From Candidatus Poribacteria bacterium (GTDB taxonomy: Bacteria > Poribacteria > WGA-4E > PCPOR2b), in the NCBI GenBank assembly GCA_965198175.1, contig OZ240245.1:2880001-2944000 (forward strand): a DNA stretch of 64,000 nt. Direction: 5' to 3'. The notes under the pieces were generated by a model, which did not search any database, was not told the origin of the DNA, and saw only the letters and a list, made by a program, of their open reading frames with translations. Position numbers and translations under genes: made by a program. The first letter of the stretch is position 1. The number at the start of each line of letters is the position of its first letter. Shown here piece after piece: positions 1-10,602 of the stretch.

Positions 1-761
1 GAGTCATCTCGCCAAAGCCGAACGGCAAAATAAATCAAAACTAAATCAACACCTACAATAACTGTTGCAAGATAGTGCCACGAATACCAATTCAGAAGAT
101 AGGGAATTGGACTGAACAAGATAACCGCCACGATGAAAATTAGCGCAACCAGCACAGCTACTCGCTTGCCCCACACAACCGAGATTGTTCGTACACAGTT
201 CTCGAAATCGCCTTCAGTATCCTCAATGTCCTTAATAATCTCTCTTGCCGTTGTAAATAGGAAAGCGAATATCGCTGGCACGAAAGTGCCGTAAACAGTT
301 CGCACCGAGACCCCTCCTACAATGAAAGTTAAGCCTGTCAGGATTCCAACCAGTAGATTGCCGAAAAATGGTGTCTGCTTTAGGCCTACAGCATATAAGA
401 TTAGACATCCAGATACAGTGACTGTAATTGCAGCAGTATACAAGTTGACGAGAAAACCAAACCAGGTTCCTAGCCCCATTAATATTACAGAGAACACAAG
501 GGCGCCCCGCCGGGAAATCCGTCCGGACGGAAGCGGACGTCTAGGTTTGTTAATCCCATCAATCTCATAGTCGCAATAATCATTGAGCGCATTTCCCGAC
601 GACAGGAGGAAGAAAGCTGAAATTGCTACCACAAACACATCGACATTAGTAAGGATAACCCTTTCCCCCATCCCGACTGCAAACATCGCTCCCAAGTAGA
701 CCGAGATAAAGGCGATTAAACCGTTCATCGGACGTGAAAGCTCAAGATAAGCTGAAATCAT
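1..761 (-). CDS. UbiA-family prenyltransferase, digeranylgeranylglyceryl-phosphate (DGGGP) synthase-like; runs off the left edge
   Basis: Absent from the ORF track; translated by hand from ATG at 761: MISAYLELSRPMNGL...GNALNDYCDYEIDGINKPRRPLPSGRIS...REIIKDIEDTEGD. Both Asp-rich UbiA motifs are present, separated by hydrophobic segments. Confidence 0.85.
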   Translation of the reverse strand, partial: MISAYLELSRPMNGLIAFISVYLGAMFAVGMGERVILTNVDVFVVAISAFFLLSSGNALNDYCDYEIDGINKPRRPLPSGRISRRGALVFSVILMGLGTWFGFLVNLYTAAITVTVSGCLILYAVGLKQTPFFGNLLVGILTGLTFIVGGVSVRTVYGTFVPAIFAFLFTTAREIIKDIEDTEGDFENCVRTISVVWGKRVAVLVALIFIVAVILFSPIPYLLNWYSWHYLATVIVGVDLVLIYFAVRLWRDD

Positions 762-788
762 ACGTATGCCACACAGTTTGTAGGATTG

Positions 789-1814
789 TTACGCTTCGCG
801 CCCTGGATATTTGATTCCGAATCTGGCGGAATAATACCAGCGCACGAAAAACAAACTTCCAGCGAACGGGATTAGATACAATGGCACCAAAACACAGGCG
901 ATAAGCGAAAGAATCAAAATGCCAACACGGGTCGCCAGGATGATGACCCCTCGTTCCCTTCTGAAATTCATATATATGAAAAGTGGCAAACAGAGAACTG
1001 CCGTACTAAATGGTATCATATCTCCAAGCCACCACGCAGACAAAATTGCTCCTGCCAAAAGTAACAAGCTCAACCGGCAGGATTGCTTGGCACCCAATGT
1101 TACGCCGGTTGTCCGATCGCCGTGCGCTTGATCGCCTTTCAAATCTGGAAGCGTCGTGTTGACGAAGGCTGCTCCCACACATAAGACATAAGGGATTATC
1201 CGCCACAAGGCATCAGTGCCAATCGGTGCCACTATACCCCAGCCAATCAGAAATGCGATGCCTCCATAACCTAACGCATTCGCTAGAAGATCGAGGAAGG
1301 GTCTCCCTTTCAATCGAAATGGGCGAACGGAATAAATCACGCCGAGAAAGATTGAAAGTACAATAAGGATTAGATAGCTCAAGTCATTTCCAAACCATAG
1401 GCACGCCCAAACCACAGCAGTAACAAGCAAAAAGGCAACTTCGAGCAAAAGAAGCGGCATTTTTACATATCCATGAGCGACAAGGTATAATTTATTATTT
1501 GCCGCGTCTGTTTCTTTATCACAGATTTGATTGATGATGTAAACTGCCCCCATCAACATCGAGTACAAACAAAGGGTACCCAGAAGTTCAAAATTGGGAC
1601 GAAGGAGTATAAGAAGTTCCGGCAAAAACGAGAGCCGAAATGTGCCCGAATCTACATGCGAGGAAGATTGAGATAAAGCGCGATAGTGCCCAAGCAATAC
1701 AAGTGTCCAAACCGGGAACAGTAGTGTTGGACGAAGAACAATCAGATAATCCAGAAGATGAAACGCAATGCGTCTTGTGGATTGCAGCTTAGATTGAGTG
1801 GGTGAATTTCCCAT
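789..1814 (-). CDS. UbiA-family prenyltransferase (second copy)
   Basis: Polytopic membrane protein with YIINQICDKETDAANNK and TLPDLKGDQAHGDRTT motifs. Start uncertain (ATG 1814 or 1877). Confidence 0.8.
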   Translation of the reverse strand: MGNSPTQSKLQSTRRIAFHLLDYLIVLRPTLLFPVWTLVLLGHYRALSQSSSHVDSGTFRLSFLPELLILLRPNFELLGTLCLYSMLMGAVYIINQICDKETDAANNKLYLVAHGYVKMPLLLLEVAFLLVTAVVWACLWFGNDLSYLILIVLSIFLGVIYSVRPFRLKGRPFLDLLANALGYGGIAFLIGWGIVAPIGTDALWRIIPYVLCVGAAFVNTTLPDLKGDQAHGDRTTGVTLGAKQSCRLSLLLLAGAILSAWWLGDMIPFSTAVLCLPLFIYMNFRRERGVIILATRVGILILSLIACVLVPLYLIPFAGSLFFVRWYYSARFGIKYPGREA

Positions 1815-1878
1815 TTCAAATCCAACCGTTCCTGTGATGCTGCATCCGCAATTCATGGGAGTTCTTACGCATGACATA

Positions 1879-2715
1879 TTACGCGTATCGTAATATGTTT
1901 AAGTAGGCGAAGCGATTGATGAGTCTGTTCTTGAGGCACTCAAACTGAAAACGGCGCTGTCCCAACAAACCGAGTTTTGCCTGGAAGGATTGAAAAGTAT
2001 CACATTGATAGATACCCATCCGCGGGAAACGGTACATCGCGTCAGCAGATGACTCCTTGCAGGGATTCAAGCTAAACGCGATGCGATATCCGGCAGATTG
2101 CACCATATCTGTTGTCTCGGAATCTACACTCCCATACGGATATGCGAAACTCTGAATGGGGTGTTGTAAAAGATTTTCGAGTCGAGATTTAGATTCCTCA
2201 AGTTCTGCCTTCACTTCGAGGCGGCTACAATGTGTTAAGAAGCGGTGGTGCAAACCGTGAGATCCAAACCCAATCCCATTTTTGAAAAGCGTTTGAATCT
2301 GGTCACTGCTTAGATGTTTGGGACGCTTGAAACTTCGCCGCACATCCCACCCATTGAACTGTCCAATATATCCTGCGAGCATAAAAACGGTCGCCGTCAA
2401 GCCGTATCTCTTCAGGATCGGGTAAGCGTAAGTATAGAAACTTTCGTAGCCATCATCGAAGGTTATCAGGATAGAACAGCGGGGCAAGGCAGAATAAGAT
2501 GTAATGGCTTGGATTAAGCGATTTGGAGTGATAGCGGTATACCCCTGTTCCACGATAAATCGAATCTGGGACTCAAAGGCTCGCGGAGAAATAGAGTTTA
2601 CCCCTAGTTCAAACTCGACATCAACCTGATGATAAGCTAGTACAGGAATGTGCCACGTCCCTGGGAGAGGGAATTGACGTTCCGAAAATTCTCTACGACT
2701 CAGTCGAGTTTTCAT
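1879..2715 (-). CDS. Polysaccharide deacetylase (CE4/NodB family)
   Basis: PVLAYH, ITFDDGY, GSHGLHH and FAYPYG motifs. Start trimmed to ATG 2715, which overlaps the lpxD stop; the longer ORF runs well into lpxD. Confidence 0.88.
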   Translation of the reverse strand: MKTRLSRREFSERQFPLPGTWHIPVLAYHQVDVEFELGVNSISPRAFESQIRFIVEQGYTAITPNRLIQAITSYSALPRCSILITFDDGYESFYTYAYPILKRYGLTATVFMLAGYIGQFNGWDVRRSFKRPKHLSSDQIQTLFKNGIGFGSHGLHHRFLTHCSRLEVKAELEESKSRLENLLQHPIQSFAYPYGSVDSETTDMVQSAGYRIAFSLNPCKESSADAMYRFPRMGIYQCDTFQSFQAKLGLLGQRRFQFECLKNRLINRFAYLNILRYA

Positions 2716-3769
2716 CAATCTGACGGAGTTTATCTTCCAACTCAAGGACCCGCTGCTGTAGCCGGGAGAACTCCTGTAATATTGCGGGCAGTTTCCGTAG
2801 AGAAGCTTGGACACGTAACTGTTGAGCGTGTGGTCGCGCTGGAAAGCCGGACACGTAACTTCCCGCCGGCGTATCCTTAGTAACCGCCGATTTTGCGAAG
2901 ATAATGTTCCCTTCGCTGATTGTGAGATGTCCTGCAACGCCTGATTGTCCTGCCATCGTCACCCGATCCTTGAGTTCACTGCTTCCTGCGATACCGGACT
3001 GTGCCGCGATGCAACAATCTTCTCCGATAACCACATTGTGGGCAACTTGCACCAGGTTGTCGATTTTGGTTCCGCGCTTGATAATTGTCGCTCCATTCGT
3101 CATTGTGGCACGGTCAATTGTCGTATTGGCACCAATTTCCACGTCATCTTCAATGATAACCGTCCCAATATGTGGAATTTTATGGTATCGATCGCTGACA
3201 GTCGCAAAACCAAACCCATCGCTTCCAATCACCGCCCTACTGTGAATAATGACACAATTACCAATCTTGACCGCTTCACAAAGCGTTACACCGGGATAAA
3301 GGAGCACTTCATTTCCAATCTTGACATCATCACCGATGTAAACAAAGGGGCTAATAATCGTGCCAGCGCCGATTTCGACGTTGTCTCCGATGACTGTCAA
3401 GGCTTGAATAGAAACCTGCTCGCCAATCTGCGCGTTTTCGCCAATAATCGCTGTTTCATGGATGCCGTACTCGATTTTCCGTCTGCTCCATGCAAACATC
3501 TCAAGCACTTTGACGAAGGCAATATACGGATTGTCCGTGCGGATGGTTGGCTTTCCGTTTTCCCCATTCATCGGGGAAATATCCTTGCCGATGATAATCG
3601 CAGAAGCTTGTGTATGTTCGATTTCCCCGCGATACTTTGCATTCGCGACGAATGTAATTTCGTGCTCTTGCGCTTCCTTAATTCCTGCAATACCCCGGAT
3701 CTCGATCTCACCATCGCCAAATAACTCCCCATCAATTAATTCACAGACTTCCTTCAACTTTTTTATCAT
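2693..3769 (-). CDS. lpxD: UDP-3-O-(3-hydroxyacyl)glucosamine N-acyltransferase
   Basis: Hexapeptide repeats, GSDGFGF, GANTTIDR, KIDNLVQVAHNV; follows bamA-skp. Confidence 0.96.
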   Translation of the reverse strand: MIKKLKEVCELIDGELFGDGEIEIRGIAGIKEAQEHEITFVANAKYRGEIEHTQASAIIIGKDISPMNGENGKPTIRTDNPYIAFVKVLEMFAWSRRKIEYGIHETAIIGENAQIGEQVSIQALTVIGDNVEIGAGTIISPFVYIGDDVKIGNEVLLYPGVTLCEAVKIGNCVIIHSRAVIGSDGFGFATVSDRYHKIPHIGTVIIEDDVEIGANTTIDRATMTNGATIIKRGTKIDNLVQVAHNVVIGEDCCIAAQSGIAGSSELKDRVTMAGQSGVAGHLTISEGNIIFAKSAVTKDTPAGSYVSGFPARPHAQQLRVQASLRKLPAILQEFSRLQQRVLELEDKLRQIDENSTES

Positions 3770-3908
3770 CGTTCTCTGAATTGACGGTTAGCGCTCATCA
3801 ACCTTCCCACTAATTCCTGCTCCTTCCTAATTGTCAGCCGCCCGCAAGAGTAGAATTAGCTAGCTGCCCGCTGAATTACACCCCGATATTTGTCCGATAT
3901 GCGAAGAA

Positions 3909-4505
3909 CTACTTTTCTTCGCTTTCAGGGGTAGTAGAGGATTTGTCATCCTCGCTCTCGTTAGATGTCTCTTGTTCGTATCCTGCATTCAACCTCTCTA
4001 CAATGTCATCTGTTAAATCGTACTTCGGGTCAACATAGAGTGTCACCAGGCGCTTTTCAAGGATTAGACTATATTTTTCGCTCGTGCCGATCTGCTGAAT
4101 TAGCGCTTGGATTTCGTTCAAAATGGGTTCGACCAATTCCCTCTGCTTTTCAAGAATTGCTTGTTGACCATTTTCCAACTCACGCTGATATTCCTGCCGT
4201 TTCCGCAGAATATCACTCTCCAGGGTCTGCGTTGCCGATTCATCAAGGAATAGCTTTTGCTTGGTTAGACTGTCTTCCATGTCTAAGATTTCTTCCTCAA
4301 GCCCCTTCAACTTATCGCGAAGTCGATTTTCCGCAGATTTTAGAATGTCATTTGCTTCTTGAGCTTTTTTATAACTTTCAACCACACTTTGGGTGTCCAC
4401 TACGCCTAATTTGAAGCTGTCTTGTGCCATTGCACAAAAGTGGAGTAGAAACAACCCTGACGAAACGATGCTTAAAGGTAAATATAATCTCCGATTTCGA
4501 ATCAT
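3909..4505 (-). CDS. skp: OmpH/Skp periplasmic chaperone
   Basis: Signal peptide, KLGVVD, long coiled coil, DLTDDIVERLN; lies between bamA and lpxD. Start trimmed to ATG 4505. Confidence 0.9.
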   Translation of the reverse strand: MIRNRRLYLPLSIVSSGLFLLHFCAMAQDSFKLGVVDTQSVVESYKKAQEANDILKSAENRLRDKLKGLEEEILDMEDSLTKQKLFLDESATQTLESDILRKRQEYQRELENGQQAILEKQRELVEPILNEIQALIQQIGTSEKYSLILEKRLVTLYVDPKYDLTDDIVERLNAGYEQETSNESEDDKSSTTPESEEK

Positions 4506-4563
4506 GCTTTTATCCTTGTGAAGTGAGTGAACCTTCCGACGATTGTGAACCTTCCGAAGGTAA

Positions 4564-6957
4564 TTAAAAACCTGGACCGATTGTGAAGTGAATTTTTCCT
4601 CCTGGTTCTTTATTTCCGTCTCCATCTCTATCTCGATCAAACCCGTATCCCCATTCGATGCGAGCAAGCATACCGAGCAAATCAAAGCGAATCCCAACGC
4701 CCGCGCCTTTCTTGAAACTAAGATCTTTGAAGATATTCGAGGTATTCTCATGCCAGACGTGTCCGATATCGAAGAATACAGCACCGGTTAACTGTGGGCT
4801 GATTGGAATACGATATTCAAAATTCGCGTAAACCATCTTATTTCCACCGTAATCGCCATTGCTCGGACGGATTTCATGCCAATCATACCCGCGGATAGTG
4901 TCGTCGCCACCGAGGCGGAAGCGCTCATAACGAAGGTATCTACTATCGTCAAGACGGCTGCTCAAGTATCCGGCTCGAACATGAGTGGCAAAGACAAAGT
5001 GGCGCCCAGTATTAAGAAACCAACTCGAGTCAAGAGAATACCTTTGAAACCGATTCTCCGCGCCAAAAATTCCACCGGCGTATTCATAAGAAGCTGTGTT
5101 GACAAGACCTGATACGGGATAGTACGAACTCCTCCAATAGTCGCGCGTATCCCTTGACAAGAAAAACGTCACACTGCGTGTTAAGCGGCTGACAATGTCT
5201 TCAATTTCTAAGCTGTCTGGTCTATAGGCTCGGTTGTAATGAACACGCTCGTTTTTGAGGCGAACGGATATATCCATATCTCTAGTGATTGGACGCCCAA
5301 GCGTTATAGAACCCCCTTTTCGCGTAAATATATCCCGATTGCCCCAATTAGTTGAAGTTTGGCTTGAGAGATTACCGAGATTACCGGTATTCGGATAATG
5401 AGAATAATATCTATTATATCGATACGATCTTCGTGTATTGTACAAGCTCAGATTGAGGCGCGTGGGCGTCCCAAGAATCCACGGGGTGTTGAACCGAAGT
5501 TCAGCAGTGTGGCGGTCCCGGGCGCCTAACTCGCCCTTCAGGTGAACACGATAAGCGCGTCCGAAGAGATTATTTTCGCCAATTTCCGCGACGCCGAAAA
5601 TTCCGCCTTCAGTGCCATAGCCGCCCCCTAAACTAAACATGCCTGTGCGTGCTGTTTCAGCCACGTTGACGCTAAGATCTCGGTGCGTCCCCTCCGATTC
5701 ACTTGGAATAAAGTCCACACCTCGAATAAACGGTCCCATCTGGAAAAGCCTTTGGCGGGCTTTGCGTAGGGATGCGACGTCGAAGAATTCACCCGATTTT
5801 ATATCCAAATGATCCAACTCCCGTCGTATCACATTCTCTCTTGTCTTTTCTAGACCGTTGATACTAACTTTATCAATGACAATGACATCCCCTTCGTTGA
5901 TGTTCAACGTAATCTCAAGGCTCCCATTTTCTTCATCATAATTGGCATCTGGCATAATCTCCGCCAGAATATACCCTTTATTTTGGTAGCCTTGTTGAAT
6001 CTCATCAAGGGATTTTTGGAAGGCGCCACTATTAAAGATTTCACCTTCAGGCGGGTCTAACATATCACGAATCTTTTTTTCAGAAAACGCAGGTTTTTCC
6101 GATTGTTGAAGTTTGATATCGTACGTATCGACGATGTATTGGGTGCCTTCATCAACGGTAATATCAAGCATCAGTCCTGTTTTATCATCGGTAAAGCGCT
6201 TTTCATATTTATCATCGATTTTTGCCTGAGTGTATCCTCTATCCTGATAATAGTGAAGTAAGGTGACTAGATCAGCTTTAATCAGCTTTTCGTCGAAATG
6301 CTTGCCAACCCGGATTTTCATCTGCTTGCTGAGTTTCTTCAAGGAGATATCATGATTGCCGATAAAGTTGATTTCTTGGACTTTAATTCGAGGCCCTTCA
6401 CTAATTTCAAATGTCACCGATATCGTGTTGTCATCAGGATTGATATCCGCATGGGTTTGCACAGCTACCAGATAATAACCGACGTTTCTGTACGCATTGA
6501 GAATCCTCTGCTCGCTTTCCCAACGCCGCTGATCGCTGTAGATTTCGCCCGCTTTGAGGGTAATCTCTCCTTTGATTTTTTTGTAGCTCAACTTTTCATT
6601 GCCGATAATGGTAATCCCGCCTTTGATTTTGGGATTTTCTGTCAATCTATAAATGACTTCAAGACCGCCTTCATCGTATGGTTCGACATCGACGGCAATG
6701 TCGGCGAAAAAGCCCGTATCTTTGTAGAGATTCTTGATATCCTTGGTTAATTGGTCGGGAAGAATTTCTTCGCCAACTTTGGTCTGTATAATTGCGCGAA
6801 ACATGTCCTCCGGACCGTCTTCCGCCCCTTGAAACGTGATTTTCTTGACAGTCAAGGCATCATTGGTTGTGGGGGTGGACTCTTCAGCAAAGAGAGGTAT
6901 CGAACCCAGAATTATCGCAAGCATCACAATCAAAAGACCATTTCTAATCGGGTTCAC
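4564..6957 (-). CDS. bamA: Outer membrane protein assembly factor BamA
   Basis: Signal peptide, POTRA repeats, TRENVIRRE, IRGY loop motif, C-terminal Phe. Confidence 0.95.
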   Translation of the reverse strand: MNPIRNGLLIVMLAIILGSIPLFAEESTPTTNDALTVKKITFQGAEDGPEDMFRAIIQTKVGEEILPDQLTKDIKNLYKDTGFFADIAVDVEPYDEGGLEVIYRLTENPKIKGGITIIGNEKLSYKKIKGEITLKAGEIYSDQRRWESEQRILNAYRNVGYYLVAVQTHADINPDDNTISVTFEISEGPRIKVQEINFIGNHDISLKKLSKQMKIRVGKHFDEKLIKADLVTLLHYYQDRGYTQAKIDDKYEKRFTDDKTGLMLDITVDEGTQYIVDTYDIKLQQSEKPAFSEKKIRDMLDPPEGEIFNSGAFQKSLDEIQQGYQNKGYILAEIMPDANYDEENGSLEITLNINEGDVIVIDKVSINGLEKTRENVIRRELDHLDIKSGEFFDVASLRKARQRLFQMGPFIRGVDFIPSESEGTHRDLSVNVAETARTGMFSLGGGYGTEGGIFGVAEIGENNLFGRAYRVHLKGELGARDRHTAELRFNTPWILGTPTRLNLSLYNTRRSYRYNRYYSHYPNTGNLGNLSSQTSTNWGNRDIFTRKGGSITLGRPITRDMDISVRLKNERVHYNRAYRPDSLEIEDIVSRLTRSVTFFLSRDTRDYWRSSYYPVSGLVNTASYEYAGGIFGAENRFQRYSLDSSWFLNTGRHFVFATHVRAGYLSSRLDDSRYLRYERFRLGGDDTIRGYDWHEIRPSNGDYGGNKMVYANFEYRIPISPQLTGAVFFDIGHVWHENTSNIFKDLSFKKGAGVGIRFDLLGMLARIEWGYGFDRDRDGDGNKEPGGKIHFTIGPGF

Positions 6958-7248
6958 GATGAAAACTCCTTATCTTTAGCGTATCCGGCCAATAAGTCAT
7001 CAGTTAAAAACCTGATGAATGACGTTTTACTCTTGGTGATGTGTCCACAAAATATTCAGTGCCAAGCATGACTGCATGCGTCACTGAAACGTGAAGCACA
7101 AGAAAAATATAACATTAAATACCACACAAGATGCCATGCGTAGGATGAGTAATTCTTCTTATGCACAACGCATTATCGTCTACAAAACTGGTTCATACCG
7201 ATTTTGGGAGGATTTCTTCAGGATATTACAGAAAAATGAACTATGTCC

Positions 7249-8127
7249 TCATTGTTCGGGATAAATTGGGGAACCGACTAGGCTTGTGATTTCGTGAAAT
7301 TCCTCAATCAGTTTCTGCGTTACAACACCAGGGCTCCCATTGCCAATGACTCGGCGATCTATTTTCACAACAGGAATAACTTCAGCAGCTGTGCCCGTTA
7401 GAAAACATTCATCAGCTGTGTAAAGATCATGTCGCGTAAAAATTTTTCCCTCCACAACAAGCCCCAGATCCCGCGCTAAATCGATAACGGTATTGCGCGT
7501 AACACCCTCTAGAATGCCAATATGAGTAGGTGGAGTGACAACTGTACCGTCTTTGACGAAGAAGATATTATCGCCCGAACACTCGACAACATAGCCATCG
7601 GCATTAAGCATCAGTGCTTCGCCGGCTCCGGCCTGTTTTCCTTCTATATTCGCCAAGATATTGTTGAGATAATTCATCGATTTGATGCGCGGGTTAATGG
7701 CTTCAGCGTAGTTCCGGCGCGTAGGAACCGTTACGATTTCCAAACCGTCCTCATAGCATTCCTGCGGGTAAAGGGCGATCTTATCCGTGATAATAATAAT
7801 CGTAGGCTGGTCGCACTTGTCCGGATCCAGACCGAGATCGCCAATACCGCGCGTGACCATTAGACGAATATAAGCGTCGTAAAGATTATTGCGACGGAGT
7901 GTTTCCAGTACGGTTGCTTTCATCTCCTCAATTGAGACCGGAATCTCCAGCATGATCGCCTTCGCTGAATCGTAAAGACGTTGTAGGTGTTCGTCTAGTT
8001 TAAAGACGCGTCCTCCATAGGATCGAATACCTTCAAAAATACCATCGCCATACAGGAGACCGTGATCGAAAACAGAAACTTTAGCTTCCCCTTTCGGCAC
8101 AAATTCTCCATTAATGTAAACCAACAT
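7249..8127 (-). CDS. ilvE: Branched-chain amino acid aminotransferase
   Basis: DHGLLYGDGIFEGIR, KSMNYLNN, LEGVTR, FLTGTAAE. Start set at MLVYING. Confidence 0.95.
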   Translation of the reverse strand: MLVYINGEFVPKGEAKVSVFDHGLLYGDGIFEGIRSYGGRVFKLDEHLQRLYDSAKAIMLEIPVSIEEMKATVLETLRRNNLYDAYIRLMVTRGIGDLGLDPDKCDQPTIIIITDKIALYPQECYEDGLEIVTVPTRRNYAEAINPRIKSMNYLNNILANIEGKQAGAGEALMLNADGYVVECSGDNIFFVKDGTVVTPPTHIGILEGVTRNTVIDLARDLGLVVEGKIFTRHDLYTADECFLTGTAAEVIPVVKIDRRVIGNGSPGVVTQKLIEEFHEITSLVGSPIYPEQ

Positions 8128-8271
8128 TGCAATTTTCCTTCGCACAGCGGGCGAACACTCGGGTTCCCCTGAATATACAATATCTAGAGATTGGCCACCG
8201 GGATGGCCGAATTCTCGCATCCCGATCCGTGGATGGGATTCAACCAACCGCTAACGCTGTAGATTTCCTCC

Positions 8272-8973
8272 CTATGAAGGTAGGTTACCACTTTGTACTT
8301 GATTTGACACTTTTCCATCGACAAGGTAGATGTGCCGGTTGGCTCGTTGTGCAATTGCTTGATTATGCGTCACAACAATCAAAGTTTGACCCAATCGCTT
8401 ATTGAGGTCCCACAACAATTCAAGCACAACTTCGCTTGTCTTGCGATCGAGGTTTCCTGTCGGTTCATCTGCTAATACGGCTTGGGGTTGGTTGATTACA
8501 GCGCGGGCAATTGCAACCCGCTGCCGCTCGCCACCAGAGAGTTGACTTGGGTAATGTGTAAGCCGACTACCTAACCCAACATAGTCCAACAGATCCTTGG
8601 CTCGATGAAATCCATCGTCGGAGTTTTCGCCCGCAATCAACGCGGCCATCGCCACATTTTCCAGCGTGGTAAATTCACTCAATAGGTGGTGAAACTGAAA
8701 GACAAAACCCACTTCCTGATTTCTGAATCGATCTAACCGTTTATCATTAAAGTCGAAGATATCCTGACCTTCGTAAAAAATTGCTCCCCGAGTTGGGCGG
8801 TCGAGCCCGCCAATCAGGTGAAGCAACGTACTCTTGCCAACTCCAGACGCGCCGATAATCACCAGAATTTCGCCGGTTTGTACCTCTAAATCAATCCCTT
8901 TGAGTACAGGAAGTTCTGTTAGACCCTCATAATAAGATTTACACACATCAACAACCCGGATGAGATTACTCAT
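8272..8973 (-). CDS. lolD: Lipoprotein-releasing ABC transporter ATPase
   Basis: [28 protein letters not shown]; overlaps the lolC/E stop. Confidence 0.92.
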   Translation of the reverse strand: MSNLIRVVDVCKSYYEGLTELPVLKGIDLEVQTGEILVIIGASGVGKSTLLHLIGGLDRPTRGAIFYEGQDIFDFNDKRLDRFRNQEVGFVFQFHHLLSEFTTLENVAMAALIAGENSDDGFHRAKDLLDYVGLGSRLTHYPSQLSGGERQRVAIARAVINQPQAVLADEPTGNLDRKTSEVVLELLWDLNKRLGQTLIVVTHNQAIAQRANRHIYLVDGKVSNQVQSGNLPS

Positions 8974-10435
8974 ATCGCAGCGCCTCGACAGGGTTGAGTT
9001 TAGAAGCTTGCCATGCCGGGTACATCGTCGCGAACAAACAGATTGTGAATGATAGTAGGTTCATAAAGCCAACGAAACCCCAGTTAATTTTGACAGGCAA
9101 TCGGTTGAGTTGATAGACCTGGCTAAAATCTTGCCCAAAAATGCTATCGAGGTAGATGGGTTGGATAAGGCAAAAGAGGAACAACCCAATTGTCGCCAGC
9201 CAAATAAAAGTGAGTGTCCCTTTGAGTCCGATATGTAAAGGGTTCATTCCACGCAAAGCGAAATGTATCCCAATCGGCAGCAGAATCAGCAACGCAAACC
9301 AGCGTGAGGGACGGAGAATCTGTAGCTCAAGAAACCAACAGACAACCAGACCAAATCCTGTGCCTAAGAGCGATCCAAGGATGCCGATGACAGTTCCTTG
9401 AATGACAAAAATCTTCCGAACCGATCCTTTGGAGCCCCCCATCGCCCTAAAAATACCAATGTCGCGTGTCTTTTCCATGACCACCATGATTAGTGTACTT
9501 GCGATATTAAATGCGGCGACAAGAATAATTAGCGCCTCAATAATCACCGTCACAATTTTTTCTAACTTAAAAGCATCAAACAGGTGTCCGTGAAGCTCCA
9601 TCCATGTCTGGGCGATGGGCATAGACCGTAACCCTTCACCAAATCGAAGTATGTCAAGGATTCGATTACGAATCGTTGGCGCAAGATCGGCATCAACTGT
9701 GCGCACCTCAATCATATTTATTGCGTTCTGTTTTCCATAGGCTTTCTGTGCTGTCTCAAGGTCAATAAAGCCAAAGGCATTGTCATAGGTATACATTCCA
9801 GATTCATACAAACCGATGACAACAAAATTGCGAGTCTTAGGAACAAAATTGTCGGGTAGAACGGGCGATGGCACCATTTCAAAAATCAGACGGAGAATAT
9901 CGCCCTTGAGAACTTGCATGCGACTCGCAACATGGTGCCCTAAAACAATGCCGCCGACAATAGTTTCCCGTCCAGCCACACGTTTCCGCACATCTTCAAT
10001 CAATGGCGCACTCTTAAAGTCGACCGATCCGTCGACAAATTTTGAAAATTCTGTGACGCCATCCTCTTTTCGCAAATCAATCCCCTTCAGGTAAAGTACG
10101 GTTTCAATGTTGCCTCTGCCTTTGGGGAAGACGGCTAGTTGGGTGTAAATCACAGGGGAAGCGGCGACAACCCCTTCTACCGATTCGATCTGCTTAAGCT
10201 TCTCCTGATAATCCGTAAAGTAAACATCGGGAGACCGAATGATAATATGGGCTTCATTAGCTAGAAATTTCTGTCTTAATCCGTAATCAAATCCGTTCAA
10301 AACAGAGATGACAAGAATGACAGTCGCAATACCGAGTGCTACTCCACCTATAGAGATTACGGTGATAACTGAGATAAATGATTGCTTGCGCCGCGATCGA
10401 AGGTAACGTGAGGCAATTAACCATTCATAGGTCAT
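8966..10435 (-). CDS. lolE: Lipoprotein-releasing ABC transporter permease LolC/E
   Basis: IASRYLRSRR N-terminus, VAAFNIASTLIM, C-terminal [18 protein letters not shown]. Confidence 0.9.
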   Translation of the reverse strand: MTYEWLIASRYLRSRRKQSFISVITVISIGGVALGIATVILVISVLNGFDYGLRQKFLANEAHIIIRSPDVYFTDYQEKLKQIESVEGVVAASPVIYTQLAVFPKGRGNIETVLYLKGIDLRKEDGVTEFSKFVDGSVDFKSAPLIEDVRKRVAGRETIVGGIVLGHHVASRMQVLKGDILRLIFEMVPSPVLPDNFVPKTRNFVVIGLYESGMYTYDNAFGFIDLETAQKAYGKQNAINMIEVRTVDADLAPTIRNRILDILRFGEGLRSMPIAQTWMELHGHLFDAFKLEKIVTVIIEALIILVAAFNIASTLIMVVMEKTRDIGIFRAMGGSKGSVRKIFVIQGTVIGILGSLLGTGFGLVVCWFLELQILRPSRWFALLILLPIGIHFALRGMNPLHIGLKGTLTFIWLATIGLFLFCLIQPIYLDSIFGQDFSQVYQLNRLPVKINWGFVGFMNLLSFTICLFATMYPAWQASKLNPVEALRYE

Positions 10436-10602
10436 AATTTATAACACACCAAACGCATTTCGTACCCTTACTCCCTAGACAAACCTAATCGATTGCCCAT
10501 AGTCTCCAGTTTCACGTTTGAGGGATAGTCCTGCAAACCGGCTGTTCACCTGCTTCTTGACAACACATGCCCCTGTTACTTGATTCACAGATTCAATCGC
10601 CT

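Noticed and set aside
2716..2937. N-terminal extension of the deacetylase ORF (likewise the extensions of skp 4506-4784 and ilvE 8128-8247)
   Set aside because: They overlap the upstream gene or lack family similarity; downstream ATGs fit better.
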